Position numbers and translations under genes: made by a program. From assembly GCA_943787225.1 (NCBI GenBank), contig CALSLP010000003.1:447643-511642 (forward strand): a stretch of 64,000 nucleotides of DNA, in the 5' to 3' direction. This document shows, piece by piece, positions 49,297-60,379 of this stretch. Numbering within the stretch: position 1 is the stretch's first letter; each line of letters begins with the position of its first letter. Under the pieces are notes generated by a model. The model was not told the origin of the DNA, did not search any database, and saw only the letters and a program-made list of their open reading frames with translations. This stretch comes from an uncultured Alphaproteobacteria bacterium (GTDB lineage Bacteria > Pseudomonadota > Alphaproteobacteria > MPNO01 > UBA2964).

Positions 49297-49985
49297 AATC
49301 AGCCGTCATTGTTTTTCCGGGTTCGAACTGCGACCGCGATGTGCAGGTCGCCCTGGCCGCCAGCGGCGATACGCCTCCGATTATGGTTTGGCATGGCGAC
49401 ACTGATCTTCCCTCAGTGGATTTGGTCGTTGTCCCCGGCGGGTTTTCTTATGGCGATTATCTCCGGGCGGGTAGCATGGCCGCCAATTCGCCAATAATGC
49501 GTGAGGTTGTTGCCAAGGCCAATGCGGGTACGCCCGTGCTTGGTATTTGCAACGGTTTTCAAATCCTTTGCGAGAGTGGATTGCTGCCCGGCGCCCTGCT
49601 GCGCAATGCGGGTTTGAGGTTTGTTTGCCGTGATGTTCTGCTGCGCGTCGAGAATACATCAACAATCTTCACCCAAGGCTATGACAATGAAGCGGTCGTC
49701 AGAATTCCTGTGGCCCATCATGACGGCAATTATTTCGCCGATGACGCCACGCTGGCGGCGCTTGAAGACAACAACCGCGTGGCGTTCCGTTATTGCGACG
49801 AAGCAGGCAAGCCAATAGCGGATGCCAATCCCAACGGATCGGCTGCCAATATTGCCGGGATCATCAACGAGACTGGCAATGTGCTTGGTATGATGCCACA
49901 TCCTGAACGGCTCGCAGATGCGGCTCTCGGCGGCATCGACGGTAAGCGTATGTTTGATGCGCTGGCAGAAAATTTAGCGGCGTAG
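49293..49985 (+). CDS. purQ: Phosphoribosylformylglycinamidine synthase glutaminase subunit PurQ
   Basis: [23 protein letters not shown] catalytic cysteine, and MPHPER. Confidence 0.9.
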   Translation: MKSAVIVFPGSNCDRDVQVALAASGDTPPIMVWHGDTDLPSVDLVVVPGGFSYGDYLRAGSMAANSPIMREVVAKANAGTPVLGICNGFQILCESGLLPGALLRNAGLRFVCRDVLLRVENTSTIFTQGYDNEAVVRIPVAHHDGNYFADDATLAALEDNNRVAFRYCDEAGKPIADANPNGSAANIAGIINETGNVLGMMPHPERLADAALGGIDGKRMFDALAENLAA

Positions 49986-50000
49986 AAACGGGGATCACCG

Positions 50001-52202
<2,202 letters not shown>

Positions 52203-52236
52203 GCCAGACTGAATTCCCTGATTAAAGGACAAAACG

Positions 52237-52473
52237 ATGCCCATGGATCCCGGCGAAATCGAGCGCATGATCAAAGAAGCGCTACCAGACGCAGACGTTA
52301 AACTGGAAGACCTCGTCGGCGACGGCGACCATTGGTCAGCGACGGTTGTTTCCTCTGCCTTTACCGGCAAGACGCGGGTTCAACAACATCAATTGATTTA
52401 TGCGGCCCTCCAAGGCCGGGTTGGTGGCGAACTGCACGCCTTGGCGCTACAGACCTCCGCGCCCCAAACGTAA
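52237..52473 (+). CDS. BolA family protein
   Basis: 78 aa. F.GK.R..QH..IY and LHAL motifs. Adjacent to the monothiol glutaredoxin. Confidence 0.85.
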   Translation: MPMDPGEIERMIKEALPDADVKLEDLVGDGDHWSATVVSSAFTGKTRVQQHQLIYAALQGRVGGELHALALQTSAPQT

Positions 52474-52527
52474 AGAGTTAATCTATTTTTCCTTCGCCAT
52501 CACGGCGAGCAACAACAGGTTCAGACG

Positions 52528-52875
52528 ATGAGTGACAATCCAGCATTTGACCGTATCAAGCAGAACGTTTCCGACGACGATGTCGTGCTCTTCATGAAAG
52601 GGACGCCCGTCTTTCCACAATGTGGCTTTTCTTCAACTGTCGTGCAGGTCCTGACCCATATGGGCGTACAGTTCAAAGGCATCGATGTTCTTGCCGATCC
52701 CGAGCTGCGCGAAGGCATCAAATCCTTCAGCAACTGGCCAACCATTCCGCAGCTTTATGTAAAAGGCGAATTTGTCGGCGGCTGCGACATCATCCGCGAA
52801 ATGTTTGAGAGCGGCGAGCTGACCGAGCACATGAGTTCCAACGGTATCAACGTCAATCTACCAACCGCGGAATAA
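52528..52875 (+). CDS. grxD: Grx4-type monothiol glutaredoxin
   Basis: CGFS active site (PQCGFSS), WPTIPQLY and GGCDI. Confidence 0.9.
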   Translation: MSDNPAFDRIKQNVSDDDVVLFMKGTPVFPQCGFSSTVVQVLTHMGVQFKGIDVLADPELREGIKSFSNWPTIPQLYVKGEFVGGCDIIREMFESGELTEHMSSNGINVNLPTAE

Positions 52876-52955
52876 TCCGCGACCGGCGGGATAATTCCGC
52901 CACAGATTTCGTTCGACATACATTTGAAACTGGGAGGTTTCACTAGGAGGTTTTA

Positions 52956-53357
52956 ATGGCATTGGTAAAAACCAAAGGTCTGGCGCATTTCACAATTCCG
53001 GTAACGGATACCGAGCGCAGCCAAAAATTCTACGAAGACATTCTCGGTATGAAGGCCATCCAGATCAATCACAAGCGCGGCATGGTGTTTATGGATTCAG
53101 GCGGTGACTGCGTCATCCTGACCAAGACCCAGCACGCGATCAATCAAGCCGGTGAACAAGACATCCATCACGCCTGGGTCGTTGAGCATGACGATTACGA
53201 AGACGCGGTGAAAGAGCTGCAGAAACGTGACGATATTAACTTCCACTTTGAAGAAGATCGTCAGGGCGGTGCCGTAAACGGCCCGCGCGCTTATTTCGAG
53301 GACCCCGATGGCAATGTCCTCGAGATCATCGACATGACCAGCTATAAGGGCGAATAA
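52956..53357 (+). CDS. VOC (glyoxalase/bleomycin-resistance/dioxygenase) family protein
   Basis: 133 aa. GLAHFTIPV..ERS..FY..ILG start and YFEDPDGNVLE end. Confidence 0.8.
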   Translation: MALVKTKGLAHFTIPVTDTERSQKFYEDILGMKAIQINHKRGMVFMDSGGDCVILTKTQHAINQAGEQDIHHAWVVEHDDYEDAVKELQKRDDINFHFEEDRQGGAVNGPRAYFEDPDGNVLEIIDMTSYKGE

Positions 53358-53767
53358 TGGCGGCCCCCGAAATACAGGGGCTGGCGCATTTCAGTATCCC
53401 TGTCAGCGATGTCGCGGCGAGCCGTGACTTCTATGAAAACATCGTCGGCTGCAAACATCTGTTCAGCACACCGCCGGGCAATATGTCGTTTCTCGATGCT
53501 GGTGGCATGTGCATCATCCTGTGCAAGCATGATGCACCGATCAATCCCGAACTCGATGATCATAACGGCGTGCATCACTCGTTTATGCTGAAAACCGAGG
53601 ACTTTGACGCGGCACTGGAGAACCTCCGCGCCAATGACGTCGAAATCTTCTTCGAGGAAGATCGCCAGGGCGGCGTCGTAAACGGCCCACGCTGCTACTT
53701 CCGCGATCCCGATGGCACGGTACTGGAATATATCGATCTGACGAGCTATTCCGGGGCTGAGGCTTAA
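53357..53767 (+). CDS. VOC family protein (tandem paralogue)
   Basis: 136 aa, colinear with the previous ORF (GLAHFSIPV...YFRDPDGTVLE). Its start overlaps the previous stop (TAATG). Confidence 0.8.
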   Translation: MAAPEIQGLAHFSIPVSDVAASRDFYENIVGCKHLFSTPPGNMSFLDAGGMCIILCKHDAPINPELDDHNGVHHSFMLKTEDFDAALENLRANDVEIFFEEDRQGGVVNGPRCYFRDPDGTVLEYIDLTSYSGAEA

Positions 53768-53773
53768 CGCACT

Positions 53774-54208
53774 TCAGCTCGGCGTTAACACGACAACCGG
53801 GATGACGCGTGCATCGCCGATGCGTTTTTCATATTCGTCCATCATTGGATAGACACCGCCCATCAACTGCCACAGACGAGCGCGTTCTTCGCCGCTGGTC
53901 TCGCGGGCGGTTGCGGTGAATTTCTCGGCGGCCACCTGAACCTGCACGTCGGCATTCTCCGCGAGGTTTAGATACCAGGCCGGATGGGTCAGGCGTCCGC
54001 CCTGTGAGGCAACGACGACGTAATTGTCGCCATCACGGCCATAGACCAGCGGCGTGGTGCGTTGCTCACCAGATTTTCGTCCCGTCGTCGTCAGCAACAA
54101 ACATGGATAGGTGCCCGGCGCGGCGAGCCGGTCCCACAGATGACCTTCCGCGCCATCGGTCGCGAGATAGAGCGCCACGTGATCGGCTATTTTCTGGGCC
54201 TGCGCCAT
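53774..54208 (-). CDS. DUF385 / deazaflavin-dependent nitroreductase-like family protein
   Basis: LLLTTTGRKSGEQRTTPL, HPAWYLNL and ERARLW motifs match the Ddn-like split-barrel family. Confidence 0.7.
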   Translation of the reverse strand: MAQAQKIADHVALYLATDGAEGHLWDRLAAPGTYPCLLLTTTGRKSGEQRTTPLVYGRDGDNYVVVASQGGRLTHPAWYLNLAENADVQVQVAAEKFTATARETSGEERARLWQLMGGVYPMMDEYEKRIGDARVIPVVVLTPS

Positions 54209-54372
54209 GATCTACCTCCTGTTCATCCACGCCGTTTTGAACAACCGTAGCACAGCGACGGTATGGCGAAAGACCTCGTAACACGTCACGTTTATCTGAA
54301 CTCGGAATAAGCACCGCGATGAATTGTTTACAGGTTGGGACGGAAATCAATTCAATCCAAGGGAGCTAATCG

Positions 54373-55056
54373 ATGATAAAAAATACAATTCCCGCCATGC
54401 TGACGGCAGCCGTTGTCACCCTGGCTTTCACGACCACAGCAGATGCGCAAAGAAGACCCCACCCGCAATTTCCTGACATGACATTTTTCATGACCGGCAA
54501 GAGCGGTCCAGATGGCGCCAATTTTGGTGGTATCAAGGGCGCCGACCAGCATTGTAAAGCGCTGGCGACGAAGGCTGGTGCCGGCAACAAGGAATGGCGC
54601 GCCTATCTCAGCACCCAGGCCGCTAATGGCAAACCCGCCATCAACGCCAGAGACCGCATCGGTAAGGGTCCCTGGGTCAATGCTGTCGGCGTAGAGGTTG
54701 CCGCCAATGTCGCAGAGCTCCATTCCGCGGCCAGCAAGATCAATGTCGAGATCGGACGTTCTGAAAATGGCCGCCGGATTCCCAGCCGACTTTATGTCGT
54801 CAATCAACACGACATTCTGACCGGTTCAACGGCAGAGGGTACGGCCTACCCAGCTGGTGAAGACATGACCTGCGGCAACTGGACCAAGAACGGTGCCGAT
54901 GGCAAAGCCCGCGTCGGTCATCACGACCGGATGAGTGGCCGCCCCGGCCCCGCCGGAAAATCGTGGAATTCGGCCCATAATTCACGGGGCTGTAGTGCCG
55001 CGCTCCTCAAACGCTCGGGCGGTGCCGGGCTGCTCTACTGCTTTGCCGTGAAGTAA
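54373..55056 (+). CDS. Secreted four-cysteine protein with endostatin-like (C-type-lectin-fold) signature
   Basis: Signal peptide ending TTADA. The mature part contains GIKGADQHC, WRAYLST, CGNWTK and LLYCFAV, which align with conserved blocks of collagen XVIII endostatin as recalled from memory. Confidence 0.55.
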   Translation: MIKNTIPAMLTAAVVTLAFTTTADAQRRPHPQFPDMTFFMTGKSGPDGANFGGIKGADQHCKALATKAGAGNKEWRAYLSTQAANGKPAINARDRIGKGPWVNAVGVEVAANVAELHSAASKINVEIGRSENGRRIPSRLYVVNQHDILTGSTAEGTAYPAGEDMTCGNWTKNGADGKARVGHHDRMSGRPGPAGKSWNSAHNSRGCSAALLKRSGGAGLLYCFAVK

Positions 55057-55076
55057 TCCGTAGCGAAAACCATAAC

Positions 55077-55106
55077 AAAAAGCCCGGGGAAACCCGGGCT
55101 TTTTTA
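55077..55106. terminator. Bidirectional rho-independent terminator
   Basis: AAAA-AGCCCGGG-GAAA-CCCGGGCT-TTTTT lies between convergent genes (54373-55056 on + and 55145-55621 on -). Confidence 0.7.
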
Positions 55107-55144
55107 TTGAGGTATTCAATTGATCGGCCGTAATACGCCATGAC

Positions 55145-55621
55145 CTATCCATTATCTGCGGCTTCAACCTGCAAAGTCGCTCCATCCACGCCGCTCACTT
55201 TGACGCGGTCGCCGGCTGCCAGTTCCGCACCAGCCGGCGCAAGCCTCACCCGCCAGACACTGTCGCCGATTTTAACCCGCCCAAGCCCCTGGTCGGTTGC
55301 CTCTGTCAAAGCATAGACCTGCCCAACAAAGGTTTCGCCCCGTCGATTGAGATTGGGGTGGTCTTCCGACTGCTTGCCGCGCTTATAAACCATGCGGCCA
55401 ATGAAGATACTCGCAACGGAAAAGCCACAAAAGATCGTCACCTGATATTGCCAGGAAATCTGATCAACAAGAAGAACCGTCAACCCGGTGCCCAGAGCCC
55501 CAAGGCCAAGCCACAGAAACCAGATTCCGGGAACGATCAGCTCAATGATGACCAAGATTACCCCAAGCACCATCCAGTGCCAGAAGGTCAAATCCTGTAG
55601 CCAGGGAAGTAATTCATTCAT
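55145..55621 (-). CDS. NfeD family membrane protein
   Basis: Three N-terminal TM helices and a C-terminal OB-like soluble domain (GRVKIGDSVWRV). Directly downstream of the SPFH gene. Confidence 0.8.
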   Translation of the reverse strand: MNELLPWLQDLTFWHWMVLGVILVIIELIVPGIWFLWLGLGALGTGLTVLLVDQISWQYQVTIFCGFSVASIFIGRMVYKRGKQSEDHPNLNRRGETFVGQVYALTEATDQGLGRVKIGDSVWRVRLAPAGAELAAGDRVKVSGVDGATLQVEAADNG

Positions 55622-55639
55622 ATCGTCTATCGCTCGTTA

Positions 55640-56632
55640 TTAGTCGTCAGAACCGGTACTACCCGCGCTGGGGACACTGCCGCGTCTGTTGCTTGAGGCA
55701 ACTGATGTCGCATCAGATTTTCCGAATGTATCACGGGCGATTTCAGCGATGCCTGCCACCGCTCCAATAACACTTGAGGCCTCAAGCGGCATCAGCACCA
55801 CCTTCTGGTTTTTTGCCGAGCCAATCGTTTCCAGGGCACCGATATATTTCTGAGCGACAAAATAATTTATGGCCTGAACGTTTCCGCCTGCGATGGCCTC
55901 GGATACCAGAGTTGTCGCCTTGCCTTCGGCCTCGGCCTCTCTTTCGCGGGCCTCAGCATCACGGAACGCTGCTTCCCGGCGGCCTTCGGCTTCGAGGATT
56001 GCGGACTGCTTGCTGCCTTCCGCCCTCAATATCTCTGCCTGCCGATCACCCTCTGCTTCAAGGACCGTAGCGCGCTTTTCCCGTTCTGCCTTCATCTGGC
56101 GCCCCATCGCTTCGACCAGCTCGGTCGGCGGGGAAATGTCTTTAATTTCTATCCGGGTTATTTTGATACCCCAGGGCGACGTCGCATCGTCGACAACATT
56201 CATCAGCTGGGCATTGATCTTGTCACGTTGCGACAGCAATTCATCGAGATCCATCGACCCCATCACCGTCCGCAGGTTTGTCATCGTCAGGTTGAGGATG
56301 GAAAGTTCGAGATTCCGGACCTCATAAGCCGCTTTTACCGGGTCGAAAACCTGGAAGAACAGAACACCATCCACCCGTACCATCGCGTTATCGCGGGTAA
56401 TAATTTCCTGCGACGGCACATCGACAACCTGCTCCATCACATTCATTTTCATCCCGATCCGGTCAATGAAAGGCACAATGATATGAAGACCGGGGCTTAA
56501 TGTCCGGGTATATCGGCCAAACCGTTCAACGGTAAATTCAGACCCCTGACTAACTGTTTTGACGGCCAGAACGACGAAAACGACCGCCAAAAACAGTAAA
56601 ACGAAAATAAACAATGTTGCAGCATCAAGCAT
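55640..56632 (-). CDS. SPFH/band-7 (stomatin-like) protein
   Basis: N-terminal TM helix, VERFGRY, and an ITRDN...V...FQV core, followed by a coiled-coil EAEG/REAE repeat region. The start at 56632 was chosen. Confidence 0.85.
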   Translation of the reverse strand: MLDAATLFIFVLLFLAVVFVVLAVKTVSQGSEFTVERFGRYTRTLSPGLHIIVPFIDRIGMKMNVMEQVVDVPSQEIITRDNAMVRVDGVLFFQVFDPVKAAYEVRNLELSILNLTMTNLRTVMGSMDLDELLSQRDKINAQLMNVVDDATSPWGIKITRIEIKDISPPTELVEAMGRQMKAEREKRATVLEAEGDRQAEILRAEGSKQSAILEAEGRREAAFRDAEAREREAEAEGKATTLVSEAIAGGNVQAINYFVAQKYIGALETIGSAKNQKVVLMPLEASSVIGAVAGIAEIARDTFGKSDATSVASSNRRGSVPSAGSTGSDD

Positions 56633-56807
56633 AACCGGAACAAACCTCCCTGAGCGTCCCATTGAGGACAAATTATGTAGTTTACAACACCAATTAGACG
56701 GCAATGCTAGAAACTACACAACTTTAATTAGGTTGTTCCTGACCAGAACCCAGCCCTTTGCCTATCCGGATTGGGGGTTAGGCAAGAGGTGAATTTATTC
56801 CAGATCA

Positions 56808-56833
56808 CAAAAAAGCCCGGGAGAACCCGGGCT
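56808..56833 (-). terminator. Rho-independent terminator of the PEP-CTERM gene
   Basis: The stem AGCCCGGG-(4 nt)-CCCGGGCT is followed on the minus strand by a T-tract. It sits 28 bp after the stop at 56861. The stem is identical to that of the terminator at 55081-55100. Confidence 0.65.
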
Positions 56834-56860
56834 AATTCTTATTGCAAAGTAAATCTCGTG

Positions 56861-57451
56861 TTAGATCAATTTGCGGCGCCGCAAGGCACCGAGCCCGATG
56901 AGCCCTAATCCAAATACCGCCAGCGAACCCGGTTCAGGGATCGCTTGGCTGAACTGCAGGCTATCCAAATTATAACCACCTGATACGATAGTAATCTGAA
57001 TTTCGTCAAAAACGATGCCGCTAAATCCATAAAAATTTGATGATGATGAGAGATCTGTCGAAGCAGCAAAACTCTCTACAATGCCGCCGTTAAACAATGC
57101 GGTGAAGGTCGTTGTGGTCGGATTTGTGCGAAAGAAAAATCCCGCCTCGGTCACATCATTGTCGAAGAAGATAGAACCCGGACCCGTCGAACCAACATCG
57201 CCCAAAAATCGGCCGGAGATATTCGGCGCGGCACCACCGGTAAACAGATTATAATTCGTACCAAACGTAACGCCGGAAAACTGGGTGGTTACGACGGTTC
57301 CACCTGTCAACGCACCAGCCTCAAAATCGATAAGGACATCCGGTGTCGTCAATCCCGTCGAGGTGCCATTAATCGGTACAGCCTACGCCGAAAATGACAT
57401 AGCTGACACAGCGAAGCAGAATCCAAAAAAGATTGATTTAAGCGACGTCAT
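56861..57451 (-). pseudogene. PEP-CTERM sorting-domain protein interrupted by an in-frame TAG after the signal peptide
   Basis: The ATG at 57451 encodes MTSLKSIFFGFCFAVSAMSFSA, then TAG (57385-57383), then in frame AVPINGTSTGLTTPDVLIDF... The protein ends IPEPGSLAVFGLGLIGLGALRRRKLI. The ORF-track entry starts at an internal TTG and lacks a signal peptide. Confidence 0.65.
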
Positions 57452-57507
57452 AGCAAAATTCCTAAAACTCAGACCTTAGTTCTAGCTCTCTATTCTGGCA
57501 TAAAACA

Positions 57508-57523
57508 TGCAAGAATTATACCA
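57508..57523 (-). promoter_or_regulatory. Candidate promoter: sigma-54-like GG-N10-GC (TGGTATAATTCTTGCA), which also reads as an extended -10 (TGnTATAAT)
   Basis: The minus strand has correct sigma-54 spacing but a non-consensus -24 hexamer. The same bases form a perfect TGGTATAAT sigma-70 extended -10. It is 57 nt upstream of the ATG at 57451. Confidence 0.4.
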
Positions 57524-57587
57524 TTATGGTTAACATTCTTTATTTTCAATGACTTACCACTTTCTTGCATAATCTCAATTTGAAAAG

Positions 57588-57603
57588 TGTAAAATTACCC
57601 GAC
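57588..57603. promoter_or_regulatory. Candidate enhancer element TGTAAAA-N4-CCGAC (copy 2)
   Basis: TGTAAAATTACCCGAC lies about 70 bp upstream of the candidate promoter. The distance and orientation match the copy at 18751. Confidence 0.4.
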
Positions 57604-57629
57604 ACTTACGTGCTTTCGCATTCAAAAAC

Positions 57630-57645
57630 TGTAAAAGCTACCGAC
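57630..57645. promoter_or_regulatory. Candidate enhancer element TGTAAAA-N4-CCGAC (copy 3)
   Basis: TGTAAAAGCTACCGAC lies 42 bp (four helical turns) from copy 2. Confidence 0.4.
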
Positions 57646-57681
57646 TCTTTAGACCGTGACAGACGCGTAATCAATGCCAAC

Positions 57682-57709
57682 AAAAAGGCCCGGAAAATTC
57701 CCGAGCCTT
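57682..57709 (-). terminator. Rho-independent terminator of rpsD
   Basis: The minus strand reads AAGGCUCGG-GAAUUUU-CCGGGCCUU followed by UUUG. It lies 26 bp after the rpsD stop. Confidence 0.5.
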
Positions 57710-57734
57710 TTCGCATTTGTCTGAGTGTCGTCGC

Positions 57735-58352
57735 TTAGCGCGAATAATACTCGATGACGAGGTTAGGTTCCATCTGCACCGGATAGGGCACATCAGCCAG
57801 CAATGGTGTGCGGGTGAACGTCCCCTTCATATTGCGGTGGTCGACTTCCATATATTCAGGAATCTCGCGCTCCGGGCTATCGATTGCCTCGAGCAGCATC
57901 GGAATTTCGCGGGACTTGCCACGAACCTCAATAACGTCGCCTTCATTGACCCGGTAAGACGGGATGTTGACCTTCTTGCCGTTGACCATGATATGGCCGT
58001 GATTGATGAACTGGCGTGAGGAAAACACCGTCGGGACAAACTTCATACGGTAGACTACGGCGTCGAGACGACGCTCCAGCAATCCGATGAGGTTTTCCGA
58101 GGTATCCCCCTTACGGCGTTCTGCCTCAATATAGGTACGGCGAAACTGTTTCTCGGTGATATTGCCGTAATAGCCTTTCAACTGCTGCTTTGCATTCAGC
58201 TGCGTTCCGAAATCCGACGGTTTACGACGGCGAGCCTGGCCATGTTCACCGGGACGGTATTCGCGCTTGTTGAAGGGAGACTTGGGTCGGCCCCAAAGAT
58301 TACACATCAGGCGCCGGTTAATCTTGTACTTCGCTTGGATTCGCTTGCTCAT
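57735..58352 (-). CDS. rpsD: 30S ribosomal protein S4
   Basis: 205 aa. [16 protein letters not shown]-terminus and an S4 RNA-binding domain (RLDAVVYR...[19 protein letters not shown]). Confidence 0.95.
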   Translation of the reverse strand: MSKRIQAKYKINRRLMCNLWGRPKSPFNKREYRPGEHGQARRRKPSDFGTQLNAKQQLKGYYGNITEKQFRRTYIEAERRKGDTSENLIGLLERRLDAVVYRMKFVPTVFSSRQFINHGHIMVNGKKVNIPSYRVNEGDVIEVRGKSREIPMLLEAIDSPEREIPEYMEVDHRNMKGTFTRTPLLADVPYPVQMEPNLVIEYYSR

Positions 58353-58565
58353 GTTTCACATATCCTTGTTATGTCGAAATTTATCGACTTTTGTCCCGAT
58401 AGTCCGACCCGGTTATCCGGCGGCGTGGCAAGGTATTAACGCGGCTGCGAACCACTCCTCCTCACCCTCATTCTCGGGAATGGCGGGGAATATAGGGGTT
58501 TAACCCACAATGTCAAAGGGAATAACGCTTCCCTGAGACACTCTGACTTCAAGCGTTTCCGGGCC

Positions 58566-60206
58566 CTACGCCGCTTCTTCCGAGGTTTCTTCGCGCGGCA
58601 GGGCTTCGCGGCTACGGATCATGTCCGAAACCTTGTCGGCCATCATGATCACACAGGCATTGGTATGGGCTGACACCAGGTCCGGCATCGCCGATGCATC
58701 GACAACGCGCAGCCCTTCCACACCATTCACCCGGCATTGCGGATCAAGCACCGATTCCGGCCCATTGCCCATCGGGCAGGTACAGGTCGGGTGCTCCACC
58801 GTGATCAGCGTGTTGCGGATATACTCGTCAATTTCCGCATCGGTCTTTACATGGGCGCCCGGGTCCAGTTCTTCGCCACGGAACGGGTCCATCGGTGACT
58901 GATTGGCTACATCACGACCAATTTTAAAACCTTCCCGCAAGGTTGGCAGGTCGTTTGGCGCAGAGAAGAAGTTGAAGAAGATGCGGACGTGATCCGCCGG
59001 GTTTTTGGAGCGCAAGAGAACCTCGCCCCGGCTATCCGGGTGCAACAGCGCCGGCTTGATGCCGAACCCATCTTCATATGGCTTCTGAAAGCCCGGCACC
59101 CAGGTACGTGCATCATCGGGGATACCCCGGAACATGAATTCGATATCCGGCACCGCCAGCTCGGGCCGGGTTTTGATAAAGGCGTGCATACCGCCCGGTA
59201 CGACGCTGCCGCTACCCGTGCCAAACAGATAGGACTGGGCCATACCGATCGCCGCCTTGTCGATCCGCATATCGTCGCGGAATTTACTGGTATTGGTCGG
59301 TCGCGAGAACGAGATCGACACCGTTTGATGATCCTGCAAATTCTTGCCAACCGGGAGATCAACAATCGTCTCAATGCCCATGTCTTTAAGATGCTCGGTT
59401 GGACCGATACCTGATAGCATCAGCAGCTGCGGTGAATTGAACACACCGCCGGACAGAATAACTTCGCGATCCGCCTCGACCCGGACTGTCTTACCGCCCT
59501 TGATATATTCAATGCCGACAGCCTTGGTGCCTTCCATAATGATCCGACTGCTCAATGCCTTGGTGATAACCGTCAAATTGGGACGGCTCATCACCGGCTT
59601 CAAAAAAGCGACCGCCGTCGAACAGCGCTTGCCGTTCTTGATGGTGTATTGCGCGCGGCCAAAGCCTTCCTGCTGCGGTCCGTTATAATCCTCGGTTACC
59701 GGCAGCCCCGCGGCCCTCGCCGCTTCAATCCAGGCCGGGAAAAGCGGATCCTGTGACGTGGCCCAGGTCGTCCCCAAAGGTCCATCACCTCCACGGCGCT
59801 CATCGCCGCCTTCTTCCCAGCCTTCACAGCGTTTGAAGTAAGGCAGGCAATCGGCATGCGTCCAGCCAAGCGCGCCCTTCTGGGCCCAGCGATCAAAATC
59901 GCCGGGATTACCCCGCGTATAGGCCATCACATTGATGGAAGACGAACCACCCAGCACCTTGCCACGTTTCACCTGTAGCACGCGGTTGTTGAGATTCGGC
60001 TCAGGCTCGGAAACATACTGCCAGTCATGCAGCCGATGCTCATAAATCTTGCCCATACCAATCGGAATATGGATCAACGGATCGACATCACGTCCGCCCG
60101 CCTCGAGCAAAAGCACAGTCGCACCGGCATCTTCGCTCAGCCGGTTAGCCAGCACGCAACCCGCGGACCCCGCGCCAACAATTATGTAGTCATATCCCTG
60201 TGCCAT
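58566..60206 (-). CDS. GMC family oxidoreductase (choline dehydrogenase-like)
   Basis: YDYIIVGAGSAGCVLANRLSED N-terminus, GGSSSINVM, and a C-terminal HPTCTCPMG motif. Confidence 0.85.
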   Translation of the reverse strand: MAQGYDYIIVGAGSAGCVLANRLSEDAGATVLLLEAGGRDVDPLIHIPIGMGKIYEHRLHDWQYVSEPEPNLNNRVLQVKRGKVLGGSSSINVMAYTRGNPGDFDRWAQKGALGWTHADCLPYFKRCEGWEEGGDERRGGDGPLGTTWATSQDPLFPAWIEAARAAGLPVTEDYNGPQQEGFGRAQYTIKNGKRCSTAVAFLKPVMSRPNLTVITKALSSRIIMEGTKAVGIEYIKGGKTVRVEADREVILSGGVFNSPQLLMLSGIGPTEHLKDMGIETIVDLPVGKNLQDHQTVSISFSRPTNTSKFRDDMRIDKAAIGMAQSYLFGTGSGSVVPGGMHAFIKTRPELAVPDIEFMFRGIPDDARTWVPGFQKPYEDGFGIKPALLHPDSRGEVLLRSKNPADHVRIFFNFFSAPNDLPTLREGFKIGRDVANQSPMDPFRGEELDPGAHVKTDAEIDEYIRNTLITVEHPTCTCPMGNGPESVLDPQCRVNGVEGLRVVDASAMPDLVSAHTNACVIMMADKVSDMIRSREALPREETSEEAA

Positions 60207-60277
60207 TTTCTCTTCCTTGTCTTGAATTTAGCAATCAGTTTAGTCCGACTAACGCCCAAGAGAAACCGTCAGAATGG

Positions 60278-60354
60278 ATCCCGCATCAAGTGCGGGATGA
60301 CAAACTTACAATGTCGGCAACCCACTCGACCGTCACCCCGGACCTGATCCGGGG
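60278..60354. repeat. Pair of related GC-rich REP-like hairpins
   Basis: ATCCCGCA-TCAAG-TGCGGGAT (60278-60298) and CCCCGGA-CCTGA-TCCGGGG (60336-60354) lie in the 173-bp spacer between the GST and GMC genes. They resemble palindromic intergenic repeats common in alphaproteobacteria. Confidence 0.5.
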
Positions 60355-60379
60355 CCCATCTGTGCAGCCATCGAAATCA

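Noticed and set aside
57496-57511. Plus-strand sigma-54-like motif TGGCATAAAACATGCA.
   Set aside because: The GG-N10-GC spacing is correct, but the -12 element is non-consensus (ATGC). It would drive transcription into the 3' end of rpsD in antisense, with no downstream gene. It is more likely a by-product of the AT-rich regulatory spacer.
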